A stretch of DNA of 63,015 nt, the filler included, from Lenisia limosa (lineage: Eukaryota; Protista; Breviatea): NCBI GenBank assembly GCA_001655205.1. It is 8 parts of 8 records of this genome, joined end to end, with 100 filler letters (N's around TTAATTAATTAA, not from the genome) between each part and the next. Parts side by side here need not be neighbours in the genome. Positions count along the whole stretch, not along the records: positions 54,464 to 60,918 come from LPNZ01007854.1; positions 61,019 to 63,015 come from LPNZ01002486.1; 6 more parts are not named here. The stretch is one strand, 5' to 3'. Below are positions 60,180-63,015 of the stretch, one piece after another (position 1 is the stretch's first letter; the number at the start of each line of letters is the position of its first letter). Position numbers and translations under genes: made by a program. The notes beneath the pieces were generated by a model, which saw nothing but the letters and a program-made list of their open reading frames with translations, did no database searches and had not been told where the DNA came from.

Positions 60180-60962
60180 CTGTGGCGTCATGAGAATGGT
60201 AATTTGTTTCATTGCATCCCTATCTACATATTTGTTACCCAAGATATCTACTCTATTGTTTCACTTGGTAATAAACAAAAAGAGTAAGGAATAGTTTCCC
60301 TTGATTTCTATGTACTATTTTATACTATTTCTTGCGCAAAAAAGGAATAATCTGTTAAACTCAATCCTCCAAAAAAATCACTCATTGTTAGTAATAGAAT
60401 TCTCGATGCATTTCAAAATATTCTCGATGAATTTCAAAAAATCGTTGACATTTTAAATACCTATTTAATGACAAAAAACACACTCAGAATAATTCAATTA
60501 ATACCCCATAAACCCCATTAAAAATTCCTCGACAAATTTCAATGAACCCCGATAAATTCAATGAAGACCCCCCCCCCCACAGAAGCTTGGAGCAAANNNN
60601 NNNNNNNNNNNNNNNNNNNNNNNNNNNNNNNNNNNNNNNNNNNNNNNNNNNNNNNNNNNNNNNGGGGGGTGAAATTGGAACGTTTACAAAAAAAAAACGA
60701 ATGAAATTTCGATTAAATTATCAAAATATTCACCAACCCATTTGCCTTACAGCTCTGTGCACATAGCTTTCTATGTGTCTTTCCAGCAATCTCCAGGTAA
60801 GCCCAATCAATACAATTAGTTGAACATTGTAAGAAGCCACGAGATAGTTTCAAAGTTACCCCCCCCCCCCAACGTCCGAGTCATTGTGTGGGGGAGCAGT
60901 GGAGCTTTCGCTGAACCANNNNNNNNNNNNNNNNNNNNNNNNNNNNNNNNNNNNNNNNNNNN

Positions 60963-60974
60963 TTAATTAATTAA
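60963..60974. other. Artificial scaffold linker
   Basis: TTAATTAATTAA within an N block. Confidence 0.95.
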
Positions 60975-61019
60975 NNNNNNNNNNNNNNNNNNNNNNNNNN
61001 NNNNNNNNNNNNNNNNNNA

Positions 61020-62492
61020 CAATATCGCGTGGTTGAAGCAGGCAACACCGATTGGCGTAATGTCCAAGACTACTCCGTCAACAACTTGTTCTACATCATG
61101 GCTGACGAGGAGATTGATATTGACTTCCGCTATGTCCGCGGCCAACATGAGACGGGACCGTTCACTACCGGACCTTATACGAGTGGGGTGCAGATTTTTT
61201 TTGAAACCGAAGTGAATCCCTAATTGTATGATATTATAATATGAGTAAAATTTTTACTAACTTTTTTATATGATATTATATTTCCACTCACTTCTCAGGC
61301 TATGTTGCCAGTCCGCTTCTCCCCACGGCGCCTCCCGTGTGCACTGGTTTTATTGTTTGTGGGGGTGATACTGGGCATTTTTGAAGCAACCAATTCTACT
61401 TTTTTGCAGTTCATTTACGCCAGTATATTATATAAGTTATCTACTATAATATGCAGTCAATGTGTATGAACATTTTGGCCAAACTATATATGATATTATC
61501 TTCGCTTCCAACAAAGACATTCTCGATAAATTTAGATAAATTTTGATATACATTTCGATATACATATGTATCTCGATAAATTTCGATAAATTCCACTGTT
61601 TTCTGGAACTGAATGAATCTCAAATATTATTACATATCGCTTACCCCTATAGGAGTGAGTCTTGCTTTATTTGTCATAAATATTCTACTTTAGTTTGACC
61701 TAAGGCAATTATTACCATTTTACTACCCTTTAGGGAAAGAAGTATCTTTTTACAGGCAATTTTTTTAATCTTTTGCTCACCCCCAAGGCCCATCATAATG
61801 GCACCTCAGACGCGGCGGAGGTTGGCGACTACTACACCCTGCATTTTGATGTTGACACTAATATGCCTCCTCTTATCTGTGAGCTGTCGGAACGTCCTTG
61901 AGTTTTTCGAGTAGAATAAAGGGGGGTGGGGTTTCTGCAACTGTGTTGTTTTGATTTGGGTTTTCCCATAGTTATACCCCCCACCCGTTTGGGGTTTTTT
62001 TTTCATAAATTTTCTAATTTGACTCCCCCCGATGGAATACAGAAGCTAATAGCCTGGATTTTTGTTTGTTTTTGTTGTTGATTTTGACCTTTTTTTTTGG
62101 TATGATACATTTCCAATTTTACCCCCACAGACAGTACCAGCGGTCTTTTCAGTTGCACTCTGTCTAGTAATGTTGACTGCTCATGGCGCGACCCACGCAC
62201 AATTGTCTGTGTTATTACCTATCTCGGAAGTGGCGTGCCTAAGTCGCTGCCATATACGATGTGTAGCTACAACCCTTATATGCCTGTAAAGGGGGGAGGG
62301 ACTACAACCCTTATATGCCTGTAAAGGGGGGAGGGACTACAACCCTTATATGCCTGTTAAGGGGGGAGGGGGTATTGTGTTCTTTATTTTTTTTTGTTTC
62401 TTAAACTTTCCCCATTTTACTTTCCTTAGGCCTACAACATCAGGACGGAAGACGAGTTGAGTCATCCTTGTACTGTCTTCCCTGCCATCACG
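61020..62492 (+). CDS. Fragment of a hypothetical, probably extracellular beta-rich protein
   Basis: Exons YRVVEAGNTDWRNVQDYSVNNLFYIMADEEIDIDFRYVRGQHETGPFTTGPYTSG|, AHHNGTSDAAEVGDYYTLHFDVDTNMPPL|, DSTSGLFSCTLSSNVDCSWRDPRTIVCVITY and AYNIRTEDELSHPCTVFPAIT|. Confidence 0.55.
62267..62370. repeat. 35-bp tandem repeat x3
   Basis: CTACAACCCTTATATGCCTGTAAAGGGGGGAGGGA at 62267, 62302 and 62337. Confidence 0.95.
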
Positions 62493-63015
62493 GTGAGTAC
62501 TAGTTGGTTTTCAAAACTCGGTTTTCAATACTAGGTTTGAAAGACTCAGTGTTCAATATTCCATTTTCAAAACAATGCTTAGTTTTGATTTGTCTCTTTT
62601 ATGAGAGAGCAAGATGAAAACATGACATATAAATAGGCCTTCCCTCTAGACGAAAAGATTGGTAAACTATTGAAATTGATGATTTATCAGTAGTTTATTG
62701 AAACTGATGATTTATTGAGGTATTCAGCCATTTTCTGAATCGGAGTGAAGCCCCACGTATAGAGAAATATCTCTACACTGACCGTAATAAGCCACATTTA
62801 TGTATATAACGATCACTCCGCTTTTTGTCGCATTATATGCTGAGGCCCTGTTTTTTTATAAATATGATGATGTGGAGGTTGTTTGCCAAATAACAGTCCC
62901 TCCCAGTCCCAATGTTCTCATGCTAATTCTCTCAGGGCTCCTATTCCAATTCCACTGTCTCGCCAGTTTATCTCAGCATGTTGTCGGAGGAGGTTGAGGT
63001 AGGGGGAGAGGGAGA

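Noticed and set aside
3736-60870. G/C homopolymers at gap edges read as telomere-like or exact-length features
   Set aside because: Runs abutting N blocks are where short-read assembly failed, so their lengths are unreliable. Only runs fully within sequence or next to splice sites were considered.
29310-61018. Regularly recurring TTAATTAATTAA palindrome as a biological repeat or CRISPR-like element
   Set aside because: It is always centred in a fixed block of about 100 N and gives stops in six frames, so it is an artificial scaffold joiner. Gene neighbourhoods across these joins were not interpreted.
1-63015. tRNA, rRNA, snRNA or SECIS elements
   Set aside because: I recognised none by eye and saw no in-frame TGA in confident genes. 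tRNAscan-SE and Infernal would be needed to exclude them.

Overview
Intron-rich eukaryotic (protist-like) genomic DNA using the standard code (genes end in TAA, TAG or TGA). The window is eight scaffolds joined by artificial N-TTAATTAATTAA-N linkers, so adjacency across a linker is not biological. Scaffold 1 (1-29309) is gene-dense with mostly short introns (about 40-60 nt). It carries a MAU2/Scc4-like gene, U2A' (SNRPA1), a fully spliced bacterial-type XdhC/CoxI gene, GCP2, an SH3 plus coiled-coil gene and a giant coiled-coil gene. Later scaffolds carry a triple RanBP2-zinc-finger gene, cathepsin Z, a secreted protein with a 68-aa/12-Cys tandem repeat, a TmcB-like PAS/class III cyclase gene, ADAT1, a MINDY4-like gene, a decayed Penelope-like RT, DGAT1 and a MYND-finger gene. 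Several MITE-like and short dispersed repeat families are present. The most notable signals are the spliced XdhC and a dispersed repeat whose fixed end sits at 3' splice sites. Gene models were assembled by eye and family calls come from recalled motifs, not database searches; exon boundaries are approximate. I recognised no rRNA, tRNA or CRISPR array.
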